From Acidobacteriota bacterium (lineage in GTDB: Bacteria > Acidobacteriota > UBA890 > WLXD01): a stretch of DNA of 64,000 nt. A program made the translations under genes and the position numbers. The stretch lies in contig CBDFKD010000002.1 of NCBI GenBank assembly GCA_965248695.1, positions 2,048,001 to 2,112,000 of the forward strand, read 5' to 3'. A model generated the notes under the pieces. It made no database searches and was not told the origin of the DNA. It saw only the letters and a program-made list of their open reading frames with translations. Position 1 is the stretch's first letter; each line of letters starts with the position of its first letter. Shown here in pieces: positions 55,724 through 64,000 of this stretch.

Positions 55724-56806
55724 CTACTGCGGTCGCGCCAGCGCCAGGTCGATCTCGGTAGCCGTCCGCACGCTGAAGAAACGATAGTCGCTGTACTGGT
55801 GTTGAACCCGGAACAGCCGTTGGCGGGCAATGCCGTGCCGGAGGATCTCCGCCACCGCGTCGCGATAGCTCTCGTCATTCATCTCTTCAAGGCGGACCGC
55901 CGTGCCGATAAGCGTTGCCCGGCTGGGGAACCGCATGCCGTTGGTATCCTGCCCGAAATCGACCTGCGCCCAGGCGAACAGCTGTCCGTCTTCCGGCCGC
56001 CCCTCGGATGGCGGCGGCTCGCCGAGCACCCCGATCTCGGCAGCGCGCACCGAGCGCGTAGCTGCATCCTCGTCGGTACCGGTTGCTATGGGAGACCCCG
56101 ATTGAACCATCGTCAGTGCCTCTTGCGACTGCACCGCTTCCACACGCAACAGCTGATATCGATCGGCATCGATCCAGGCGCGGCCGAACCAGTCGTTGAG
56201 GCCGGGGCGGTAGGGCGGACGAGGATCGAACCGCACCACGAGGGCCGCCTGTCCGTCGATCTTGTCTCTCCCTTCCAGGGCAAAGTCGAAGTGCTCGCGC
56301 AGGCCTGGTTGGAACACGAAAACCCATGAGTAAGCGCGTTCCAGGTATGCCGGCAAACCGACGTCGCCGAGCTCGACGCGTTGCGCCGAGCCGTCCTCTT
56401 GCGGACCACGCACCGTCCGGTAGTCCTGCAAGTGCCCGACCGCGCCACCCGGCGGATCCACCTTCTCGCCTGCTGCGACCGTCGCATCGTCGGTGGGCGC
56501 AGGATCGGGGGCAGTCGCGACCTCGAAGACGTAGAAGTAATCGAAGCGATGTGTCGTCCGTCGGGCAACGCGATCCTGAATCCCGTAGCGAGTATCGGTG
56601 ATGCGCTCCAGACACGTGAAGCTCAGCGCATAGTCGCGGTACAGCCCGGCAACCCGACCCATGACGTCGAGCAACACCTCGAGATCCGGTGCCGCCGCCG
56701 ACTGAGACTCCGAGATCAGCGGCTTCGAACGCACCCCAGACGGCACCACCGCCAGCACCACCGCCAGCAAGAGTCCGGCCGCGCGGCTCCGTCGCTTCAG
56801 CATCAC
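55724..56806 (-). CDS. Hypothetical secreted protein
   Basis: Signal peptide; FTCLERI, GRAWIDADRYQLLRVE, YSDYRFFSV; coding-like codon pattern. Confidence 0.65.
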   Translation of the reverse strand: MMLKRRSRAAGLLLAVVLAVVPSGVRSKPLISESQSAAAPDLEVLLDVMGRVAGLYRDYALSFTCLERITDTRYGIQDRVARRTTHRFDYFYVFEVATAPDPAPTDDATVAAGEKVDPPGGAVGHLQDYRTVRGPQEDGSAQRVELGDVGLPAYLERAYSWVFVFQPGLREHFDFALEGRDKIDGQAALVVRFDPRPPYRPGLNDWFGRAWIDADRYQLLRVEAVQSQEALTMVQSGSPIATGTDEDAATRSVRAAEIGVLGEPPPSEGRPEDGQLFAWAQVDFGQDTNGMRFPSRATLIGTAVRLEEMNDESYRDAVAEILRHGIARQRLFRVQHQYSDYRFFSVRTATEIDLALARPQ

Positions 56807-56987
56807 ACCTCGGGCAATGGGGACGCGGACAGTCTAGCTCCTGGCGAGGCTGTGACGCATGGAGGCCATGTTCGGCCAGCGCCATGAATAACCGGCTTGG
56901 GCCCCATGGTTTCGATGGGCTACGGTTACGGGGCCACCGGCATCGCGAAGAGCCCTTCGCATCCGCCGGCGCTTCCGGTTGGAGACC

Positions 56988-57317
56988 ATGAAGAGAATCC
57001 TCGCCGTTCTTGTCTTTCTGGCGGTATTCCCGAGCGCTGCCTACGGCGGATACCTCTGGGGCTGGTACCGAGGCTTCGAGTACCACTCGGTTGTTTCGGG
57101 GATGAGCGAGGCAAAGGTCTCACTGAACGCTGCCCGATCCATTCGTCAGGCGGATCCACAGCTCGCGCTCGAGCTACTGGACGCGAACATCTCGTGGATG
57201 ACCGCTTCGCTGAACGACACCTCGCTCGACGTGCCGGAGGCGGAGCGCCTCAACTACGAGCTGGTGCTGGAGCGGCTGCGTCACTACCACGCCGAGTTCG
57301 GCCGCACCGGACAGTAG
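56988..57317 (+). CDS. Small hypothetical membrane/exported protein
   Basis: GGAG RBS, MKRILAVLVFLAVF N-terminus. Confidence 0.6.
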   Translation: MKRILAVLVFLAVFPSAAYGGYLWGWYRGFEYHSVVSGMSEAKVSLNAARSIRQADPQLALELLDANISWMTASLNDTSLDVPEAERLNYELVLERLRHYHAEFGRTGQ

Positions 57318-57424
57318 GGTCCTCGCGCCATTGGCGCGACATACAGCGGGCTACGGATTCCGAGCCCTTGTCGGCCGACGTCCCCCCTAGCGCATGCCGG
57401 TAAGTTTCTCAGCCGTCAACGACG

Positions 57425-59146
57425 TCAACCCAGCGTGTGCCGCTTCAGTGCTCTTCCGATCATGCGGAGCTTCTGCTTCGTGGTGAGACGCGCCAGGTTG
57501 GTCTTCACCACACCGCCCGTAAAGACGCTCTTGCGCCCATAGTCGATGTTGACGTCGACGATGACCGGGCGACCGCCAGAGGCGATCTCGAGGGCCTCGG
57601 CAATGGCGGTCTCCACGTCAGCGTCGGTAGCGAGTCGCACGAACGCCGCCCCGGTCGCGGTCGCCACTCCCTCGACGTGGAGATCACCGAGCAGCGTGCA
57701 CGTCTTGCGATTGAGTGGCAGTTGCTGCAGCTGCGAGATCTGCGCCAGCTCGCCGTCGTGGAATACGAAGAACACCGCCCCGAGGCGAAGTGTTGCCGCG
57801 GTCAGGATCTCCAGGCCGGTCATCAGGAACCCCCCGTCCCCCACCACCCCCACCACCTGGGCGTCGGGATTGGCGAGCTTCACACCGATCGTCGCCGGAA
57901 CGCAGTACCCCATGCAGTTGAAGTCCGTCGGCGAAATGAACCGGCGGGCGGCGTAGACCGGGAACTGCTCCGCTGCCAGGAACGTGTGGTTCCCGTCGTC
58001 GACCACCAGGAAGGCGTCGCGGAGCGCACGGAAGAAAATCCCCGGACTGACGCGTTCGTCGCTGGGCTCGCCGGTCCAGGTAGTGGCGAACGCCTCCTTC
58101 TCGGACCGAATCAGCCGCCGCAGCTCGCGGCTGTCTGGCCCCTCCGACAGGCTTCCTGCAGACGCTTCCAATAGGGCGTCGAGCGCCATCGTCGCATCGG
58201 CTTCGATGGCAACGGCGGCCTCGTAGTTGCGGTTGAACACTCGCGGATTGATATCGATGTGGATCAGATTATCGGGCACAGCCATGCCGTAGCTACCGGT
58301 GGCAAGCTCGGCGAACCGGACACCCACCGCGAGCAAACAATCGCACCCTTTGAAGGCTGCCTGCGCCGCGGGTACCGCCGAGTTGCCGTAGCCCATGCCG
58401 ACGTGCAGCGGGTGGTCGGCCCGGAACGCGCTCAGCCCCTGGAGCGTAGTGGCCACCGGGGCCCCGAACCGCTCCGCCACCGCCTCCAGTTGCAAGGTTG
58501 CGCCGCGTGCTCCCCAACCGACGTAGATTCCCGGCCTGTGCGCCTGCGCCAGTAGTTCGGCCGCTCGCGCCAACGCGGCCGGATCGGGCGCCGGCGGCTG
58601 CCATGTCGGCGTGTAGCTCGGTGTCTCCGCGACGGCTGCCGCAAACATCAAGATGTCGGTGGGAATCTCCACCAGCACCGGCCCCGGCTCGCCCGACGTG
58701 GCGATCTCGTAGGCTTCGAAGAGCGTCGACATGACCGCTTCGTGGCTGTCGACCAGAAAGGCCGCCTTGGTGATGCCATTGGCGACGCGCTGCTGGTCGA
58801 GCTCGTGCAACTGGTACGCCCGCCCGGTATCACGCCGGATACCGCCCGATAGCACCAACATCGGAATGCCGTCGAGATACGCCTCGCCGATGCCGCTCAT
58901 GGCATGGGTGAGGCCGGCAGCCGGAACGATCGCCAGACAGCCGACAGCGTCGGAGGTGCGGCTGACCGCATCGGCCATGAAAGCGCCACCGCCCTCGTGG
59001 GTCACCAGCACCGGAGTGATCTGCTCCGACTTGGCCAGCTCATCGTAGAGCTCGGTGTTGTGCACGCCGGGGATCCCGAAGGTGTGGCGGATGCCCAGCT
59101 GCTCGAGGGCGCGCACCGCCAACCAGGAACCGCTCCTCGGTCTCAT
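57425..59146 (-). CDS. Thiamine-pyrophosphate-dependent enzyme (acetolactate synthase-like family)
   Basis: TFGIPGVHN, THEGGGAFMA, PGPVLVEIP, MGYCVPA, GDGGFLM. Confidence 0.88.
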   Translation of the reverse strand: MRPRSGSWLAVRALEQLGIRHTFGIPGVHNTELYDELAKSEQITPVLVTHEGGGAFMADAVSRTSDAVGCLAIVPAAGLTHAMSGIGEAYLDGIPMLVLSGGIRRDTGRAYQLHELDQQRVANGITKAAFLVDSHEAVMSTLFEAYEIATSGEPGPVLVEIPTDILMFAAAVAETPSYTPTWQPPAPDPAALARAAELLAQAHRPGIYVGWGARGATLQLEAVAERFGAPVATTLQGLSAFRADHPLHVGMGYGNSAVPAAQAAFKGCDCLLAVGVRFAELATGSYGMAVPDNLIHIDINPRVFNRNYEAAVAIEADATMALDALLEASAGSLSEGPDSRELRRLIRSEKEAFATTWTGEPSDERVSPGIFFRALRDAFLVVDDGNHTFLAAEQFPVYAARRFISPTDFNCMGYCVPATIGVKLANPDAQVVGVVGDGGFLMTGLEILTAATLRLGAVFFVFHDGELAQISQLQQLPLNRKTCTLLGDLHVEGVATATGAAFVRLATDADVETAIAEALEIASGGRPVIVDVNIDYGRKSVFTGGVVKTNLARLTTKQKLRMIGRALKRHTLG

Positions 59147-59203
59147 CGATCCACCAGACATGGAGCACGGTGGCTCCGGGTCGCGAGTCGATCGCGGCAC
59201 ACG

Positions 59204-59271
59204 CTAGTGGTCTGCAACAGATGATCGTTCCATGTCGCGGATGGGATTTGCCGGTGAGCTCGAGGCACTAG
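59204..59271. repeat. Copy B of the dispersed element, bounded by CTAGTG...CACTAG and forming the 3' end of the FAD dehydrogenase gene
   Basis: 42/47 identity with 36177-36223. Confidence 0.8.
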
Positions 59272-60913
59272 TGGCCTGGATGATGGCTTGCGCCGCGGTG
59301 CGGCCAGTGAAGATGCAACCGCCCAGGCAGGTGCCCTCGAGCGACCGCAGCCCGTGGATACCGCCGCCGCCAAACCCCGCCGCCTCACCCACCGCATACA
59401 GACCGGGCAACGGTTCACCGGCCTGGTCGAGGACGCGCGATTGCAGGTCGGTTTGCAGACCACCGAGGCTCTTGCGGCTGATGATGAATTCGCGGATAGC
59501 GATCAGCGGACGGGCACGCGGGTCGTCGATCGGGCACGGCTTGCAGGTTCGCGAGCGGTCGCCGCGAGCGCGCCGAACATGATGCAGCCGCCGGATCTGA
59601 TCGTCGTTTTGCAGGTTCTTGCCGCGCGCGACCGCTTCATCGTAGCGGCCGATCTCGCCCGCCAGCGTCTGGGCATCGACCTCGTCGTTTCCAACCAGGT
59701 CATTCATCCGCCCCGCCAGCTCCGGCACCGAGTCGGCGGTCACGACATCGGCGCACTGCTCGGTGATCTCGCGCAGCAGAGCGTCGTCGCCACGAAGCGT
59801 CGAGAGCACGAAGCGCAGCAGCTTTCGCTCACGCATCGCGTGATTGAACTCCGCTCCGGACACGGCAAGCTCCTTCGCCCCGATGCGCCAGTTGAACACC
59901 TGCCATGAGTACTGACGCTCCTGGCTGCATACGGTCTGCACCAGATAGCGCGTGTCGTACCCCGCCATCATCGCCGGCGGCCCCAGCCGCTCACCGCGCC
60001 AGTTGAGCCACAGCGCGGACATCGGGGGTACCAATGAGAGGCCGTGGTGCTCATGGTCGGGGCGCCAATGGTGCACGCCGGCAGCGTAGTTCCACATCTT
60101 GTCGAGGTGGGTGACGTTGGCACCCAGGCGAGCCGCGACGCTGTGAAGATGCCCGTCCGCGGCCGGATGCGAACCGTTCAGCAGTGTCTCCGGGGCGGAT
60201 CCCCAATCGGCGGGCCAGTGCTGTCGCACCAAGTCGAGGTTGCCGCAGATCCCGCCAGCAGCGAGCACCAAGCAGTCGCCCTCGGCAGCGAACTCGGCGA
60301 CGACCGCGTCACCGGCGGCGGCGCCGTCGGCAACTGCCGACTCGACGACCCCCGAGCAACCGACGAACGCTCCGTTGACGCGATCGAGGTCGGTGACACG
60401 ATGCCGGTGCAGCAGCAGCATCCGGTCACGATGAGGATGGGTCTCGAGTCGCTCGAGCAGAGCCAGCACCAGCCTCTCGCCGGTCCCCCAGACGACGTGA
60501 AACCGTGGCAGCGTGTTGCCACCGCCGTACAGCCCGCGCTCGACCCAGTGCACCACTGGAAAGAACTTCACGCCGTGACCACGCAGCCAGTCATAGACAA
60601 GCTCCCGGCTGCCCGAGACATAGGCCTCCGCCCAACGGCGCGGCCACACGTCCTCGGCACCGTGCTCGCCGAAGCTGAGCCAGTCACGCAGTGCCAGGTC
60701 GGCGGAGTCACGAATGCCGGCGCGGCGCTGCTCCGGGGATCCAACGATGAAGATGCCGCCGAACGATGACCGCGCCAGGCCCCCCAGCTTGTTCTCGGGT
60801 CCGCGCTCGAGCAGCACGATGCTGCGACCGGCATCGAGGAGCTCGAGGGCGGCTGCCAGGCCAGCAAGCCCACCGCCGACCACGACTGCGTCTGCCTTGT
60901 AAGTCGACCCCAC
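59204..60913 (-). CDS. FAD-binding dehydrogenase (KsdD-like / COG3573)
   Basis: VVVGGGLAG, LGGLARSSFGG, PRFHVVWGTG, RKSLGGLQTD, GEAAGFGGGGIHGLRSLEGT. Confidence 0.85.
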   Translation of the reverse strand: MGSTYKADAVVVGGGLAGLAAALELLDAGRSIVLLERGPENKLGGLARSSFGGIFIVGSPEQRRAGIRDSADLALRDWLSFGEHGAEDVWPRRWAEAYVSGSRELVYDWLRGHGVKFFPVVHWVERGLYGGGNTLPRFHVVWGTGERLVLALLERLETHPHRDRMLLLHRHRVTDLDRVNGAFVGCSGVVESAVADGAAAGDAVVAEFAAEGDCLVLAAGGICGNLDLVRQHWPADWGSAPETLLNGSHPAADGHLHSVAARLGANVTHLDKMWNYAAGVHHWRPDHEHHGLSLVPPMSALWLNWRGERLGPPAMMAGYDTRYLVQTVCSQERQYSWQVFNWRIGAKELAVSGAEFNHAMRERKLLRFVLSTLRGDDALLREITEQCADVVTADSVPELAGRMNDLVGNDEVDAQTLAGEIGRYDEAVARGKNLQNDDQIRRLHHVRRARGDRSRTCKPCPIDDPRARPLIAIREFIISRKSLGGLQTDLQSRVLDQAGEPLPGLYAVGEAAGFGGGGIHGLRSLEGTCLGGCIFTGRTAAQAIIQATSASSSPANPIRDMERSSVADH

Positions 60914-61026
60914 ACCGGCTCCTAGTGTGCGCTAGCTCGGGTCAGCCGTTGATGCAGTGGCCGACGAGGCAACGATGGGGCAGCATGGTGGCAGCGTCAA
61001 CACCCCTGGAGAGGAGTCGACACCAG

Positions 61027-61488
61027 ATGCTTGCAGCCGTCTTTGGCGCCATTGCGCTGATCCTCTCGACCCTGCCGTCGGCGCAGTTCGAGATGGACGG
61101 GGTCGATGCGATCTCACCTGGGGTTTCTGGCGGCAACGGCACCCTGACACACGGGTCATGTCATTGCCCGACGAGGAAGGACGGCCCTTACGTTTACTCC
61201 GAGTTCATTCCGGGTGAGCCGCGACCGCAGGAAGGGGCGCACGACACCTCGGCCTTGGGGCTCGGGCTGGCGATCGGTGACGCGGCATGGTTCTTCCCAT
61301 TCCCTGCGCTCGCCGGCGCCGACACGCCGTTGCAAATGAGCATCGGTGGCGAATCGGTGTTCATTCACTTCAGCGCTGACGGGCTCACCAGTTGGGCCGA
61401 AAACGACGCCGGCGTGCTGCTGATGTCGGTGCTCGCGTATGAGCAAGGTTGGCGGAACTTCTACCCCCATACGCGGGTTTGGAGATAA
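61027..61488 (+). CDS. Small exported hypothetical protein, C-terminus resembles DUF3179
   Basis: GAGGAG RBS, signal peptide, CHC motif, ends ...GWRNFYPHTRVW. Confidence 0.55.
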   Translation: MLAAVFGAIALILSTLPSAQFEMDGVDAISPGVSGGNGTLTHGSCHCPTRKDGPYVYSEFIPGEPRPQEGAHDTSALGLGLAIGDAAWFFPFPALAGADTPLQMSIGGESVFIHFSADGLTSWAENDAGVLLMSVLAYEQGWRNFYPHTRVWR

Positions 61489-61497
61489 CCGACGACG

Positions 61498-62565
61498 ATG
61501 CTCGGCGTCGGCACCACCGGTCCTTCGGAGGGCGGTCCTCCAGACACGTCTCGGTCGCGGCTGGTCACGACGATCGCCAGATGGGGAGTGGCGATCATCC
61601 TCATCGGCGCCGCCGTCAATCTCGCCCTGGCCTGGCAGTCGATCCGCTTCGGGGCAGCGGAGACGATGCACGCCGCGGCACCAATCTGGCTCGGCGTCGC
61701 CGTCGTCCTCGGAATCGCACCCTGGGCGTTCACCGCCGCTAGATGCTGGATGTGGGCACGTTTCTTCAACACCCCGATCAGCACACGCGACGCGCTCCGC
61801 GTGGCTGTCGGCACCGAGTTGGGCTCGTCGATCAGCCCGAGGGCGATCGGCGGTGGTCCGGTCAAGGTGGGGTTACTCGTCGACAGCGGAGTGCGGACAG
61901 GCACCGCTGCTTCGATGCTGATGCTCGACAACCTCGTCGACTTCGTGTTCTTCGCCGGCGTGGCGCCGGCGATCGCCTTCGCCACGGCACGATGGGCCCT
62001 GCCGGAGGTACAGGAAGTGCTCGGCCGGCTTGTCACCAAGGGCCTCGTTGCCGCGCCGTGGATTGCAGGCGTCGCCGCGCTTGCCGGCCTGCTGGTTGTG
62101 GCGCGACGCCTCAGAGTCAGTGCCCGCGCCGTGAGCGGCTCCGACCCGAAGCGCGGCGCCTTGGCTCGCGTTCGTGACGACTTTCTGTCCGCCTATGCGC
62201 TCGTCGGCAAGCGCGGCAAGGGGCGCTTCCTCGGCGCGGTCGTGCTCACCACCGGACTCTGGGGCACCCGCTGCTGCGTAGCCACCGCGGTTCTGTACGG
62301 CCTCGGCGCCGAGACCGACCCGGTGTTGTTCTTCCTGCTGCAGTGGGTGGTGTTCATGATGATGGTGCTGGTACCGACCCCGGGCGCCGCACTCGGTGCG
62401 GAAGCCTCGTTCGGCGCCGTGATCGACGGCTTCGTCGTCGAGGGGCTCCTCGGTATCCTCACCGCCGGCTGGCGCTTCTTCAGCTTCTACCTGCCGCTGC
62501 TGCTGGGCCTGGCGACAATGGCGCTCCTCGGCACGCGGCCAAACCAGCTGCTGCGAAACACCTGA
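61498..62565 (+). CDS. Lysylphosphatidylglycerol synthase TM-domain / flippase-like membrane protein
   Basis: SISPRAIGGGP, PTPGAALGAEA, WRFFSFY; about 8 TM helices. Confidence 0.8.
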   Translation: MLGVGTTGPSEGGPPDTSRSRLVTTIARWGVAIILIGAAVNLALAWQSIRFGAAETMHAAAPIWLGVAVVLGIAPWAFTAARCWMWARFFNTPISTRDALRVAVGTELGSSISPRAIGGGPVKVGLLVDSGVRTGTAASMLMLDNLVDFVFFAGVAPAIAFATARWALPEVQEVLGRLVTKGLVAAPWIAGVAALAGLLVVARRLRVSARAVSGSDPKRGALARVRDDFLSAYALVGKRGKGRFLGAVVLTTGLWGTRCCVATAVLYGLGAETDPVLFFLLQWVVFMMMVLVPTPGAALGAEASFGAVIDGFVVEGLLGILTAGWRFFSFYLPLLLGLATMALLGTRPNQLLRNT

Positions 62566-62570
62566 GCGCC

Positions 62571-64000
62571 TCAGTCGCCCCGCAACGCCACCACCGGATC
62601 GACGCGCGTGGCTCGCCGAACCGGAATCCAGCTTGCTGCCGCTGCCACCAGCGCCAGCAGCGTGGTTACGCCCCCAAAGGTGAGTGGATCCGTCGCCTCG
62701 ACCCCGTAGAGCTGGCTGGCCATGAAGCGCGTGAGCCAGACCGCGCCGATGAGCCCGAGGCCGAGCCCGATGATCGTCAGCAACGCTCCATGACGCATTA
62801 CCAGGCCCCGGACTGCACTGGCGTCGGCACCCAGGGCCATGCGAATCGCCAGCTCCTTGGCCCGATGTTCCACGGTGTAGGCGAGCACGCCGTAGATGCC
62901 GACCGATGCCAACACGAGCGCGATGACGCCAAAAGCACCCGCGAGCCACATGCTGAAGCGGTCGGTGCTTAGCGATCGGGCAACGATCTGGTCCATCGTC
63001 TCGACGCGGGAGATCGGGACCCCCGGATCCATCGTGCGGAGCGCCTCGCGCGCCGGGCCGATCAACGATCGCGGATCGCTGCTAGTCTCCAGCACCACGT
63101 TCATCAAGCGGAACGGAGCCTGCTTGTGTGGAAAGTAGATCGACGGCGACGCGTCGACCCGTAGCCCGGCATACCTCACATCGTCGACCAACGCGACGAT
63201 CTCAACTTCGTTGAGCAGGATCGCACCCAGCGGTCCGAACCGTAACGCCGTGTTTGTGAGCTTCTCACCGATCGGGTCTTCGGTGGGAAAGAACTGTCGG
63301 GCGAAAGCCTCATTGACGGCCACCACGCCAACCCCGGCTGTGTCGTCCGTCGGTTCGAACCGACGCCCGTCCTTCAGCGCCACTCCCAGCGTGCCGAAGA
63401 AACCCGGGTCGACCTGCCGGAAATATGCCCGGTTCGACTCGCCTGCCGGCGGTGGCTCGCGATCCAGGATCAGAAAGGTGGCCTGGTAGTCGAGAGACTC
63501 CCCAAGTGGAAGCGAGGAGGCCATCCCGGCGGATTCGACCCCGGGGAGCCGCGAGAATCTGTCCATCACCTGGCCGTAGAACTGGGCGACGGACTCATCG
63601 GCCGGGTAGACCGTGTTGGACAGGTTCATCTGCATGGTGAGAACACCGTCGGAACCGAAACCGGCGTCGGTATCCTGGAGCCGGGCGAAAGAGCGCAGCA
63701 GGAGCCCGGCGCCGATGACCAGGATCGCCGCCAGCGCCAGCTGCGCCACGACGAACGCATTGCGCATGCGCAGTCGCTCGGCACCCATAGAGCCCTTGGC
63801 GCCCTCCTTCAGCGCCGCCTGAAGGTCGGCGCGCAGCAATCGTACGATCGGGGCGAGTCCGAACGCTACGCCGGTGAGCACAGTTGCGGCTACCGCGACG
63901 GCAAGCACGGTGCCGTCGATGTCGATCTCCTGCAGGCGTGGGATAGCGGACGGACCCACGGCCACGAGGGCACGCACGCTGGCCCATGCAAGTCCCAGGC
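62571..64000 (-). CDS. Second ADOP-type ABC permease, 5' part outside the window
   Basis: LRMRNAFVVAQLALA..LVIGAGLLLRSF, VGIYGVLAY.V..R.KELAIRMALGA, ATRVDPVVALR. Confidence 0.9.
   Translation of the reverse strand, partial: LGLAWASVRALVAVGPSAIPRLQEIDIDGTVLAVAVAATVLTGVAFGLAPIVRLLRADLQAALKEGAKGSMGAERLRMRNAFVVAQLALAAILVIGAGLLLRSFARLQDTDAGFGSDGVLTMQMNLSNTVYPADESVAQFYGQVMDRFSRLPGVESAGMASSLPLGESLDYQATFLILDREPPPAGESNRAYFRQVDPGFFGTLGVALKDGRRFEPTDDTAGVGVVAVNEAFARQFFPTEDPIGEKLTNTALRFGPLGAILLNEVEIVALVDDVRYAGLRVDASPSIYFPHKQAPFRLMNVVLETSSDPRSLIGPAREALRTMDPGVPISRVETMDQIVARSLSTDRFSMWLAGAFGVIALVLASVGIYGVLAYTVEHRAKELAIRMALGADASAVRGLVMRHGALLTIIGLGLGLIGAVWLTRFMASQLYGVEATDPLTFGGVTTLLALVAAAASWIPVRRATRVDPVVALRGD

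Noticed and set aside
1-64000. rRNA, tRNA, riboswitch, prophage or defence-system genes
   Set aside because: No recognisable signatures by eye; a covariance-model (Rfam/tRNAscan) search would be needed to exclude small RNAs.

Overview
GC-rich bacterial chromosomal segment, probably from an Acidobacteriota genome. That taxonomy is inferred from an Oar-type TonB-dependent receptor, a PadR + ADOP-type permease pair and sulfatase-TPR fusions. 1-20.8 kb: CocE/NonD hydrolase(s) plus a TetR(BetI-like)-associated amine/polyamine catabolic island (crotonase, PuuC-like aldehyde dehydrogenase, Rieske oxygenase, class III aminotransferase, PotABCD-type transporter, ADP-forming acyl-CoA ligase, GcvT-like protein, two phytoene-dehydrogenase-like flavoproteins, acyl-CoA dehydrogenase). 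21-32.5 kb: TonB-dependent receptor with a sigma54-type promoter, two Thr-type sulfatase-like/TPR paralogs and two TPR proteins. 32.5-49 kb: two PuuB-like oxidases, a MOSC protein, a Na+:solute symporter with an unlisted 43-aa partner, GH20, DsbA, a linalool dehydratase/isomerase-like protein, CoA ligase, aryl-alcohol dehydrogenase, a third phytoene-dehydrogenase-like protein, a QW-repeat/CxxCH protein and an ornithine cyclodeaminase-like gene. 49.2-50.5 kb: an IS3-family element with no target duplication, joining two apparently truncated genes. 50.5-64 kb: peroxidase remnant, ADOP permeases, PadR, TPP enzyme, FAD dehydrogenase and membrane proteins. The most unusual signal is a 7-copy, 34-bp-period array made of the aldehyde dehydrogenase 3' end, in which every core substitution is synonymous and which reads as a chain of overlapping 13-aa mini-ORFs. 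Other highlights are a DmdABCD-like enzyme set inside the polyamine island, a shared palindromic operator, and a dispersed ~50-bp TAG-bounded element. No rRNA, tRNA or CRISPR array was seen. All protein assignments come from motif recognition, not database searches.
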